A DNA stretch of 60,019 nucleotides, counting the filler. It is 7 parts of 7 records of this genome, joined end to end, with 100 filler letters (N's around TTAATTAATTAA, not from the genome) between each part and the next. Parts side by side here need not be neighbours in the genome. Positions count along the whole stretch, not along the records: positions 1 to 12,849 come from SRR31156797_10183; 6 more parts are not named here. One strand, given 5' to 3'. Numbering within the stretch: the stretch's first letter is position 1; every line of letters starts with the position of its first letter. Under the pieces are notes generated by a model. It worked only from the letters and a program-made list of their open reading frames with translations, was not told the DNA's origin and made no database searches. Shown one piece after another: positions 1 to 8,115 of the stretch. A program made the position numbers and the translations under genes.

Positions 1-12
1 AAAACATCTTCT

Positions 13-438
13 CTATTTTGATAGATTAACCTCACCCATAATCTCAAACCAATTTCTAGTGAAGTGTTTTTTTATATATCTCTCTTTGTGAGGAACAATG
101 CACCCCGAACAATTTTGATGAATATAATCTTCACCTTTGTATTGGCTTCCATCTTTTGAGTCAATACTACAATAAGAAAATAGTGTTTTATCTTCTTGTT
201 TTTTAATCCCTGCATCATCAAACCTGAAGTTGGGACAGGCACATAGATAACAGTTTAGTTCTTCATATTCATGGCACTTTTTATTGTCTTTGTATAAAGG
301 GCAAAAATCATTTTCTTTCTCTACCATATTATCAAATCTAAAATACGCTATAACCTCATCATCTGATAAATTTTTTAACTTTTCTAAAATTTTTGCATGT
401 TTTTTTCCGTGTTCGTTAAACCACTCGTTGTATGTCAT
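13..438 (-). CDS. Cysteine-rich small domain (zf-like) protein
   Basis: Motifs FCPLY, CH-x6-CYLCACP and CSGCIVPH resemble the cysteine-rich small domain family. Confidence 0.6.
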   Translation of the reverse strand: MTYNEWFNEHGKKHAKILEKLKNLSDDEVIAYFRFDNMVEKENDFCPLYKDNKKCHEYEELNCYLCACPNFRFDDAGIKKQEDKTLFSYCSIDSKDGSQYKGEDYIHQNCSGCIVPHKERYIKKHFTRNWFEIMGEVNLSK

Positions 439-456
439 CTTTTATATTTCCTAATC

Positions 457-1143
457 TTATGTATATATCATTTTTTTTGTCATTCCACCATCTACAACAA
501 AATCACTTCCAGTTATAAAACCTTTGTTTTTCAATAAAAATTTAACTGTATCAGCTATATCTTCTGATGTGCCAACTCTTCCACTTGGATGTTGGTAGTT
601 ATCTTGTGATGATGGGATAAAGTTTGGGTCTGTATTTATCCAGCCAGGACTTATTGAGTTTACTTTTACATAAGGAGCAAGTGAGATTGATAAAGCATGA
701 GTAAGAGAACTTAATCCACCTTTTGAAGCACTATAACTCTCTGTTCCTGCTTCACTCATAATTGCTCTTGTTGAAGAGATATTTATGATATGCCCTTTTG
801 ATTTTTTTAAAAGCAATGAAAACTCTTTTGAAAGAATATATGGCGCTCTTAAATTTGTATTTATAACAGCATCCCACTCATCAATTGTTTGTTTCTCTAA
901 AGAGTTAAAAAGTGAAAACCCTGCATTGTTTATAAGAGCATAAACACTTTCGTAATCTTTTTTTATCTTTTCTATAGTTTCTAAAAGTTGCTCTTTATTT
1001 GATAAATCACATCTGTAAAAATCTATTCCTTTTAAACTATTGTCTGCAATATCTATATTTATAATTTGATACTTCTTTTTTAAAGCTTTGGCTATAGCTT
1101 TTCCAATACCATTTGAAGCACCAGTTATGATGATATTTTTCAT
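457..1143 (-). CDS. SDR family oxidoreductase
   Basis: TGASNGIG, NNAG, YSASK, SPGWI motifs. Confidence 0.92.
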   Translation of the reverse strand: MKNIIITGASNGIGKAIAKALKKKYQIINIDIADNSLKGIDFYRCDLSNKEQLLETIEKIKKDYESVYALINNAGFSLFNSLEKQTIDEWDAVINTNLRAPYILSKEFSLLLKKSKGHIINISSTRAIMSEAGTESYSASKGGLSSLTHALSISLAPYVKVNSISPGWINTDPNFIPSSQDNYQHPSGRVGTSEDIADTVKFLLKNKGFITGSDFVVDGGMTKKMIYT

Positions 1144-1592
1144 TAGTTTAATTCCTTTGAATCAATTATAAAAGTTACTGGACCATCATTTTGAATACTC
1201 ACATCCATAATCGCTCCAAAAACTCCTGTTTGAACTTTAACATCCTCTTTTATCACACCGTTTATAAACTCTTCATAAAGTTCTTTTGCTATTTCTGGCT
1301 TTTCACTAGAATCAAAGCTAGGTCGTCTACCTTTTTTCACATTTCCAGCAAGAGTAAACTGTGAGATAATCAATACTTCCCCTTTAATATCAAGTAAAGA
1401 TAGGTTCATCTTGTCGTTTTCATCTTGAAAAATTCTTAGGTTTATTATCTTAGTTATAAGCTTTTTTACATCTTCAAGAGTATCACCTTTTTTTACTCCA
1501 AGAAGGATATTTAAACCCTTGTCTATCTTACCAACAATTTCACCTTCTACTTTTACACTAGAACTGCTTACTCTTTGTATTACTGCTATCAT
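1143..1592 (-). CDS. dtd: D-aminoacyl-tRNA deacylase
   Basis: VIQRV start, SQFTL, GRRPSF, NDGPVT motifs. Confidence 0.97.
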   Translation of the reverse strand: MIAVIQRVSSSSVKVEGEIVGKIDKGLNILLGVKKGDTLEDVKKLITKIINLRIFQDENDKMNLSLLDIKGEVLIISQFTLAGNVKKGRRPSFDSSEKPEIAKELYEEFINGVIKEDVKVQTGVFGAIMDVSIQNDGPVTFIIDSKELN

Positions 1593-1595
1593 ATT

Positions 1596-2828
1596 TTAAT
1601 TACTTTCCTTAATTAAAATTCCTGTTTCTATGAAGTTATTTATTTTGTTAAATATATCAAGTTTTATTCCTTCAGAAATATTCCATTTATTAATAAAAAA
1701 TTCACTTTTAAACATAGTGATATTTTCTTCAATAAATTCTTGATATTTTTTTCTAAATTCAGGTTGAGATTTCTCACGATTTACTAGTTTCCCAATTACA
1801 TGGTTAATATATTCATCAAAACTATTAAACTCTTTATATCCAGCCATTCCTACCAACCTATTAGAATTATAATCAAATCCTAGATTATAAAATCCTTTTA
1901 CAATATAGTATCTATCTTTTTTTTCTGCTATTGTGTGATAAATTATAAAATTAATATTTACTAAAATCAAACATTGTAATACTTCAACTTCTGTTTCATC
2001 ATCGTCAACTTTTTCTATCCATTCGAGAAGATTATCTAAAACCTGAATATAAATTCTTGCATTTAGTTCTTCTGTTTCTTCGATTGTTCTTAATATTATA
2101 TCTCTATAGTTATCTAACTTTCTGTACTTTTCATCATTGAAAAAAATAGAATCAAATAACTGTTCAAATGTTGGATTATAATATAAGTATTTAGATATGG
2201 TTTTTTCTTTCACATTTGAGAAAATATTTTTTTCTTTTCCTTCAAAAACATCATCATTTAAAATAATTACAATCTTACATTTAAAGTTTAAAGAGAGTTG
2301 AGTTATAAACCCAAATAAATCATTTAAATCTATCTCTTTTGATTTTCTTTCAAAATCATCAAAACATATAATTGCACCACTATTTAAATACTCCGCTGTT
2401 TTCTTTAGTTTTTTACTTTGTAGTATCTCCTCAATCTTGTCAAATGGCTTATCTGACACTTTTGTCAAGTCTACATTTACACCAAATACAGTAATTGTCT
2501 TTGATACAGAAGAAACCAACTTAGTTGTATTCTTTAGAAATTTATTTGTTTTTTCTTTTAACTCAAAAGAATCTACACTTTCAAATACTTTTAAGAATAC
2601 TTCATTCTTTATTTCATCAATTGATGTTTTACCATATAAACTTATATAGTGATTTGGAATTTTATTATCTTCTTCATTTAGTCTGGGAATAATCTCTTCT
2701 TGCCAAAAATGAGTTTTCCCACTTCCCCATTTTCCAGATAACATAATCACTTTACTATTATTATCACTATTTTTTAAATAACCTGATTTCCCAACTAAAT
2801 AATCTTTTAACTCTTTTTGACTTGCCAT
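1596..2828 (-). CDS. KAP-family-like P-loop NTPase
   Basis: Walker A GKWGSGKT, YISLYG, Walker B ICFDDFER, KEK motif. Confidence 0.8.
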   Translation of the reverse strand: MASQKELKDYLVGKSGYLKNSDNNSKVIMLSGKWGSGKTHFWQEEIIPRLNEEDNKIPNHYISLYGKTSIDEIKNEVFLKVFESVDSFELKEKTNKFLKNTTKLVSSVSKTITVFGVNVDLTKVSDKPFDKIEEILQSKKLKKTAEYLNSGAIICFDDFERKSKEIDLNDLFGFITQLSLNFKCKIVIILNDDVFEGKEKNIFSNVKEKTISKYLYYNPTFEQLFDSIFFNDEKYRKLDNYRDIILRTIEETEELNARIYIQVLDNLLEWIEKVDDDETEVEVLQCLILVNINFIIYHTIAEKKDRYYIVKGFYNLGFDYNSNRLVGMAGYKEFNSFDEYINHVIGKLVNREKSQPEFRKKYQEFIEENITMFKSEFFINKWNISEGIKLDIFNKINNFIETGILIKESN

Positions 2829-2870
2829 CTTTTCTTCTTTTTGTTTCTTATATAATATTTTACTATATTA

Positions 2871-2999
2871 AAATAAAAGAACTAGTTGTATGTAGATTCA
2901 AGGCGCTGATTGTTTTTCTTGATTGAGCTTACTAAAGTAAGTGATTGAAAGAAAAATAATTAGCAACGAAGAAGATGCGTGCAAATAGTTCTTTTATTT
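2871..2999. mobile_element. ERIC/IRU-like palindromic miniature element (MITE-like)
   Basis: Perfect 14-bp terminal inverted repeat (2871-2884/2986-2999), whole element folds back on itself, core GAGCTTAC-N4-GTAAGTGA plus AAGGCG and CAACG bulge motifs as in ERIC; TA-to-TA span 2874-2996 is 123 bp. Confidence 0.7.
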
Positions 3000-3596
3000 A
3001 TACTCCAAGTTTTCTACTACTAACTTCTTATTTTTAAAGGGGTCAATAAACGCTTTTATTTCATCAAACTTATATTTTAGAGGAAATCCTATTTTAGAGT
3101 TTGTTGCTGTACTCTCTAGGATATAAAAGGGTTTGCCATTTATATATAAAGCTTTTTTATTTGCTAGGGTTTGGTTTAGGTTCACTACTACAAATATATG
3201 TTTTGGAACCAATACAAAATATGCTTCATAACCTTTTACTTTTAGAAGTGAGATTAGAAGATTGCTTTTATCATCACAATCTCCAAAGTTTTGTTCTATA
3301 ACTTTTTTTGAACTTCTTGCAACAGATTTATTTACTTTATAAGGAATTCTTGTAACCAAGTCAAGCATATTTTGAACTTCACAAACCTCTGTATTACATT
3401 GCTTTGTCAAACTGAAAGCTAGATTTTTTGTATACTCATCTGTTCTTACTTGATTTACATAAGTTAAACCATCTATATCTATAAATTGGTTTTTTACTAT
3501 GAAAAATGATTTATAAATCATCACAACTATAAATATAACTACTACAAGTGAAAGGATCAAAGACAAATAGTTTATAAACTTATTTTCAAATAGCAT
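2994..3596 (-). CDS. Membrane-anchored transglutaminase-like cysteine protease domain protein
   Basis: N-terminal TM helix; GDCDDK, HIFV and LEST give a Cys-His-acid triad. Confidence 0.75.
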   Translation of the reverse strand: MLFENKFINYLSLILSLVVVIFIVVMIYKSFFIVKNQFIDIDGLTYVNQVRTDEYTKNLAFSLTKQCNTEVCEVQNMLDLVTRIPYKVNKSVARSSKKVIEQNFGDCDDKSNLLISLLKVKGYEAYFVLVPKHIFVVVNLNQTLANKKALYINGKPFYILESTATNSKIGFPLKYKFDEIKAFIDPFKNKKLVVENLEYK

Positions 3597-4518
3597 ATAT
3601 AGCCTCTTTTAGCCGATCTATACTATCTTTTGAGTTCACATAGATATTTATATAATTTTCATCAATAAAATCGTATTTCAAGCAATTATAGATTTTGATA
3701 TCCTTTTTTTCTAACTCTTCTCTAAACTCTTTTGCTGTTATGTTTTTTAGTTTTATAAGTAAAGAGTTAGAACTACTATGAAACAAAAAATCAATATATC
3801 TGCAAGAGTGAAAAATCTTTTCAAGTTCAATTCTATTTTTTATATTTACACTATTTGAGATTAGTTTAAACTCTTTGTCTTTTAAAGACTCTTCTAGATA
3901 CTTCATTGAGAAAATTGAAAGCTTATCTTCTGGTTCATATTTTCTCAAATTTATTATATTTGGTTCATTTGAGAATATTGTTGAGATACTTAGATTTTGG
4001 TTTGAATAGTATTTTGTAAAATCTTTAATAATATAAAGTTTTTCATACTCATCCAGATATTTTACAGCCGCTTCTTCACCACAAAAGTCCAATAGAGTTT
4101 CATCTATAATAATTGTGGCATCTTTTGATATCCAATAATTAAAAAGATTTTCCAAATCATAATATGTCCCATCTAGATAAGAAGGATTTGCAAAAACTAC
4201 AACACTCTCATCTTTTATTGGCAAAAAAAGGTTTTCAAATCTATTGATTAGTCTAACTTCATAGTTTAGGTTTGTAGCTGCTTTTTTATATTCTAAATTA
4301 CAAGGTGAATATATAAAACAAAACTTCTTATTTAAAAATTTTAAAATAGAATATATAGCTGAACTGTATCCGTTGAAAAGTTCTATTTGTGAAGGTTTTA
4401 CTAAATATCTATTTTGAATAAGTTTTAATATATAGCTATATTTTATATTTTGAAGATTGTTGTAATCTACATTTGTATTTGGTTTTAAAAAATTTAAATC
4501 ACAACTAAAATCTATCAT
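3586..4518 (-). CDS. Divergent PLP-dependent class I/II aminotransferase (CobD/HisC-like)
   Basis: NG, ANPS..DG, IIDET..DF and DFTKYY (PLP lysine) motifs. Confidence 0.7.
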   Translation of the reverse strand: MIDFSCDLNFLKPNTNVDYNNLQNIKYSYILKLIQNRYLVKPSQIELFNGYSSAIYSILKFLNKKFCFIYSPCNLEYKKAATNLNYEVRLINRFENLFLPIKDESVVVFANPSYLDGTYYDLENLFNYWISKDATIIIDETLLDFCGEEAAVKYLDEYEKLYIIKDFTKYYSNQNLSISTIFSNEPNIINLRKYEPEDKLSIFSMKYLEESLKDKEFKLISNSVNIKNRIELEKIFHSCRYIDFLFHSSSNSLLIKLKNITAKEFREELEKKDIKIYNCLKYDFIDENYINIYVNSKDSIDRLKEAIYAI

Positions 4519-4520
4519 AA

Positions 4521-5123
4521 CTATGCCAAATTTAGAAAGTTTTTAATACCTGTAAATATAGTTTGAGCAGACAAGGCAGCCAAAAAAAGTCCAGTTATTT
4601 TTGAGATTATCAAAAGCCCTTGTTTTCCAATAACTTTTTGAATAATATGTGAAAAATACAACATAAGTCCAACAAGAACAACTGCACAAACCAATGCTCC
4701 ACTTCCTAAAAATAAAGAAGATGCCGACTCAAAACTTGCACCCATTACAAGTAAAATACCAATAGTTCCAGGGCCAATTGTAATAGGAATAGCTAAAGGT
4801 ACAACTGCCAAATCGTGAAGATTTGCACCATCAACTTTTTGACCATCTTTACTACCTCTGATTAAATCAACTGCTGATAAAAATAATAAAGCACCTGCTC
4901 CAATTCTAAAAGCATCCAAAGTTATTCCAAAAACACTGAAAATATGTGTTCCAAAGAAAAGAAGAATAAGACTTAAAACAATAACAGAAACAGTAACTTT
5001 TACAGCTAATGTTTTTTTCTCTTTTGCTGTTGCATCATTTGTCACTGTTAGAAATACAGATAAAACAAAAAAGGGTGTCATAATAAAAAACATTTTTAAA
5101 AATGTCGCGATAAAAAGTTCCAT
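4521..5123 (-). CDS. MarC family membrane protein
   Basis: Six TM helices, FRIGAG, VVPLAIPITIGPG. Confidence 0.92.
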   Translation of the reverse strand: MELFIATFLKMFFIMTPFFVLSVFLTVTNDATAKEKKTLAVKVTVSVIVLSLILLFFGTHIFSVFGITLDAFRIGAGALLFLSAVDLIRGSKDGQKVDGANLHDLAVVPLAIPITIGPGTIGILLVMGASFESASSLFLGSGALVCAVVLVGLMLYFSHIIQKVIGKQGLLIISKITGLFLAALSAQTIFTGIKNFLNLA

Positions 5124-5128
5124 AGAAA

Positions 5129-5157
5129 ACTTCCTAAAAATTATATTTTTAGGAAGT
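5129..5157 (-). terminator. Hairpin after dsbD overlapping the RBS of the MarC-family gene
   Basis: 12-bp inverted repeat ACTTCCTAAAAA / TTTTTAGGAAGT followed by TTT on the minus strand. Confidence 0.5.
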
Positions 5158-5179
5158 ATATCAAAATTATGATAAGTAA

Positions 5180-6931
5180 TTAAAAGTATGTATTTACTAT
5201 TTGTAAAAACTCTTCAGGATTTTTGTATCCCACTATTTGTGAAGCTTTTACTTCATTATTATCTTTATCCCAAAAGATAAGTCCAGGAGGTCCAACCACA
5301 CCAAATCTTTTTTGCATATCTTTATCATCTTGATTATTTTTAGTTACATCGGCTTTTATCAAAGTGAACCCTTTAAGTTTTTCAACAACTGCTGGGTCTT
5401 TAAATGTAATCTCTTCTAACTCTTTACAAGACACACACCAATCAGCATAAAAGTCTAACATAACAGGTTTAGTTGATGCTTTAACTGCTGCATCAATTTG
5501 TTCATTGTTTTTAACATAAGCCCATTTTAGTTCATCAACATTTGAAGCCATTGTTGTTGAAGTAAATTTTGATAAAGGCTTCAAAGGATTTGTTGCACCA
5601 CTTACAGCACCAACAAAAACTAAAACCCCATAAACTAAAACTATAGTTGCAATAGTTTTCACTAAGATGTGTTCAAATGCTTTTAGATATAAAGCAGTAC
5701 CGATTAATAAAACTGCCCACATATACATAATAATACTTGCATCTAAAACTCTATCTAACATCCAAACTGCAACTGCGAGCATAACTATACCAAAGATTTT
5801 TGTGATAGATTCCATCCATCCACCTGGTTTTGGCATATATTTCCCTGCTCCAAGTCCAATAAGAAGAAGTGGTGCACCCATTCCTATACTCATTACAAAT
5901 AATGCAGCACCACCTAAAATAGCATCACCAGTTTGCCCTATATAAACCAACGCTCCAGCAAGTGGTGGAGCAACACAAGGTCCAACTATAAGTGCAGATA
6001 AAAATCCCATAATTGCAATTCCAACAACACCTTGTTTCTCTTTCCCATCTGTAGTTTTATTTATTTTATTTTGTAAACTTTGAGGTAACTCAAGTTTGAA
6101 ATAACCAAACATAGATAAAGCAAGTAATACAAAAATTGCAGAAAAGGCTACTAATACATAAGGGTTTTGAAGTGCTACTTGTAAGTTTGCACCAAACATA
6201 CCTGCTAAAACTCCTGCTATAGTATAAGCTATTGCCATAGAAAGCACATATATCAAAGATAAGAAGAATCCTCTTGAAGCAGTTAAAGTACCACTATCTC
6301 CAGCTTTTACTATGATAGAAGATAAAATTGGAATCATAGGAAAAATACAAGGAGTTAAAGACAATAAAAGTCCAAATCCAAAAAATGTTGCAAGTGTTAA
6401 AAGTATATTTCCATCTTCTAATGTTTGAGCAATAATATCTGTTTCACTTTTTGCTTCATTTGTAGTTGTAGGTGTTGAAGAAGCTACACTTTCTTTCACA
6501 TCTGCTTTTACATTATTTGAGTTAAAATCTAAAGTTATTGTTTCGCTCATAGGTGCATAACATAAACCTTTTTTTGAACACCCTTGAAAATCAACTTTTA
6601 TCTCAACAGGAGAAGTGCTTACTTTTGACTTGATTAAAGAATATGGAATTTTTACATTTAAATCTTCTGTAATAATTTGCCAAATCTCATAAGGGTGAGC
6701 TTTTGGAACTTCTAAATCACTTCTTATATCAATCTTTTCAGGCTTAGTAATAAAAAATTTTAATTTATCATCATACAAATAGATATCTTTCCCTAGTTTT
6801 AAAGAGAAAACTACCTCATCTTGATTTTTTTTAAACCCTACTTTAAATGCATCTTCTGGGTCTAAAAAATCTTGTTGTACTGCAAAAAGATAAATAGAAC
6901 TTAATACTATTAACAATAACTTCTTAAACAT
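5180..6931 (-). CDS. dsbD: Thiol:disulfide interchange protein DsbD
   Basis: Signal peptide; QGC..GLCYAP; TM domain with TPC and GPC; thioredoxin domain ADWCVSCK. Confidence 0.96.
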   Translation of the reverse strand: MFKKLLLIVLSSIYLFAVQQDFLDPEDAFKVGFKKNQDEVVFSLKLGKDIYLYDDKLKFFITKPEKIDIRSDLEVPKAHPYEIWQIITEDLNVKIPYSLIKSKVSTSPVEIKVDFQGCSKKGLCYAPMSETITLDFNSNNVKADVKESVASSTPTTTNEAKSETDIIAQTLEDGNILLTLATFFGFGLLLSLTPCIFPMIPILSSIIVKAGDSGTLTASRGFFLSLIYVLSMAIAYTIAGVLAGMFGANLQVALQNPYVLVAFSAIFVLLALSMFGYFKLELPQSLQNKINKTTDGKEKQGVVGIAIMGFLSALIVGPCVAPPLAGALVYIGQTGDAILGGAALFVMSIGMGAPLLLIGLGAGKYMPKPGGWMESITKIFGIVMLAVAVWMLDRVLDASIIMYMWAVLLIGTALYLKAFEHILVKTIATIVLVYGVLVFVGAVSGATNPLKPLSKFTSTTMASNVDELKWAYVKNNEQIDAAVKASTKPVMLDFYADWCVSCKELEEITFKDPAVVEKLKGFTLIKADVTKNNQDDKDMQKRFGVVGPPGLIFWDKDNNEVKASQIVGYKNPEEFLQIVNTYF

Positions 6932-6944
6932 AATAATCTATTCC

Positions 6945-7307
6945 TTACTCAAAATATTCTTTTGCACTTTGTTTTAATTCTTCTATACTTTTTATTCCAA
7001 TATCACTACCAACATTTATTCCATCATCAAAATAAACCAGTGTAGGTAGAACTTTTACGCCATTGCTTTTAGCAAGTTCCATGTGTTGGTCAATATCAAC
7101 TTTGTATATTATAACATCATCAGGTTTCACTTTATCAAAATCTTCTAAAACCCCTGCCATCACCTTACAAGGTGGACACCAAGTTGCATAAAAGTCAACC
7201 ATAACCTTTTTGCCTTTGGTTTTTTCTTCAAAATTATCAGTTGTTATATGTTCAAATGCAAATAGTGTTACAAAACTTAAAAATAATAAAATAAATATCT
7301 TTTTCAT
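6945..7307 (-). CDS. Exported thioredoxin family protein
   Basis: Signal peptide; DFYATWCPPC; directly upstream of dsbD. Confidence 0.88.
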   Translation of the reverse strand: MKKIFILLFLSFVTLFAFEHITTDNFEEKTKGKKVMVDFYATWCPPCKVMAGVLEDFDKVKPDDVIIYKVDIDQHMELAKSNGVKVLPTLVYFDDGINVGSDIGIKSIEELKQSAKEYFE

Positions 7308-7452
7308 ACTCTTTCCTTTAATTTTATAATTATATATTAAAAATGTAAAGAGTTTGTTAACTTATAAGAAAACTTAGAAAAAGAATTATAATAAAAAATT
7401 ATAAGTTCATTAAAAGTTTTTTGTTAAAATATTACAAAGCAGAAAGGTTAAC

Positions 7453-7809
7453 ATGAATGAATTAATAGACCTTTATCCAAATGAAGTGGAAGATTTAATT
7501 TCAAAAGATATTATAATGATTGATGTTAGAAGACCTGATGAATGGTCTATGACAGGAGTAATAAAAAATTCTTATAAACTAACATTTTTTGATATGTTTG
7601 GAAATCATGATATTCAAAGTTGGATGTATGAGTTTGATAAACTTGTTACTTCAAAAGAACAACCCTTTGTATTAATCTGTGCCCATGCAAATAGAACTAG
7701 AACCATAGGTAATTTTCTTATACAAAATTTTGGCTATGAAAAAGTTTCTCACCTATATGGAGGAATTGCACTTTGGCAAGAAGAGGGAAGAAAACTACTC
7801 TTTGATTAA
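7453..7809 (+). CDS. Rhodanese-like domain protein
   Basis: IDVRRPDEW, ICAHANR active loop, LYGGIALW. Confidence 0.88.
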   Translation: MNELIDLYPNEVEDLISKDIIMIDVRRPDEWSMTGVIKNSYKLTFFDMFGNHDIQSWMYEFDKLVTSKEQPFVLICAHANRTRTIGNFLIQNFGYEKVSHLYGGIALWQEEGRKLLFD

Positions 7810-7822
7810 AAAGAAAAAGAGA

Positions 7823-8050
7823 TTACTCTTCTTCTTTCTTTTTAGCGCTAGCTTCTTGTAATATAGCAATTACATCATCTAAATTCTCATATGGAATATG
7901 AGATTTCCATTGAACATCTTTTCCATTTAATGAAATACCTATGCTAACTACATCTGCTGTATCTTTTCCATAAGGTTCAGATACATTTGAAATAGAGATT
8001 ACACCTTTTTTAGTTCCAGCTAACGATAGTGTTCCTAATTCTGTTGTCAT
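7823..8050 (-). CDS. Small hypothetical protein
   Basis: 75-aa ORF with AAGGA RBS and natural composition. Confidence 0.7.
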   Translation of the reverse strand: MTTELGTLSLAGTKKGVISISNVSEPYGKDTADVVSIGISLNGKDVQWKSHIPYENLDDVIAILQEASAKKKEEE

Positions 8051-8115
8051 ATTGTGTCCTTTTTATAAATTAGATTATTACTATTTTACAATAAGAAACT
8101 TTTTTTATCTTAAAT

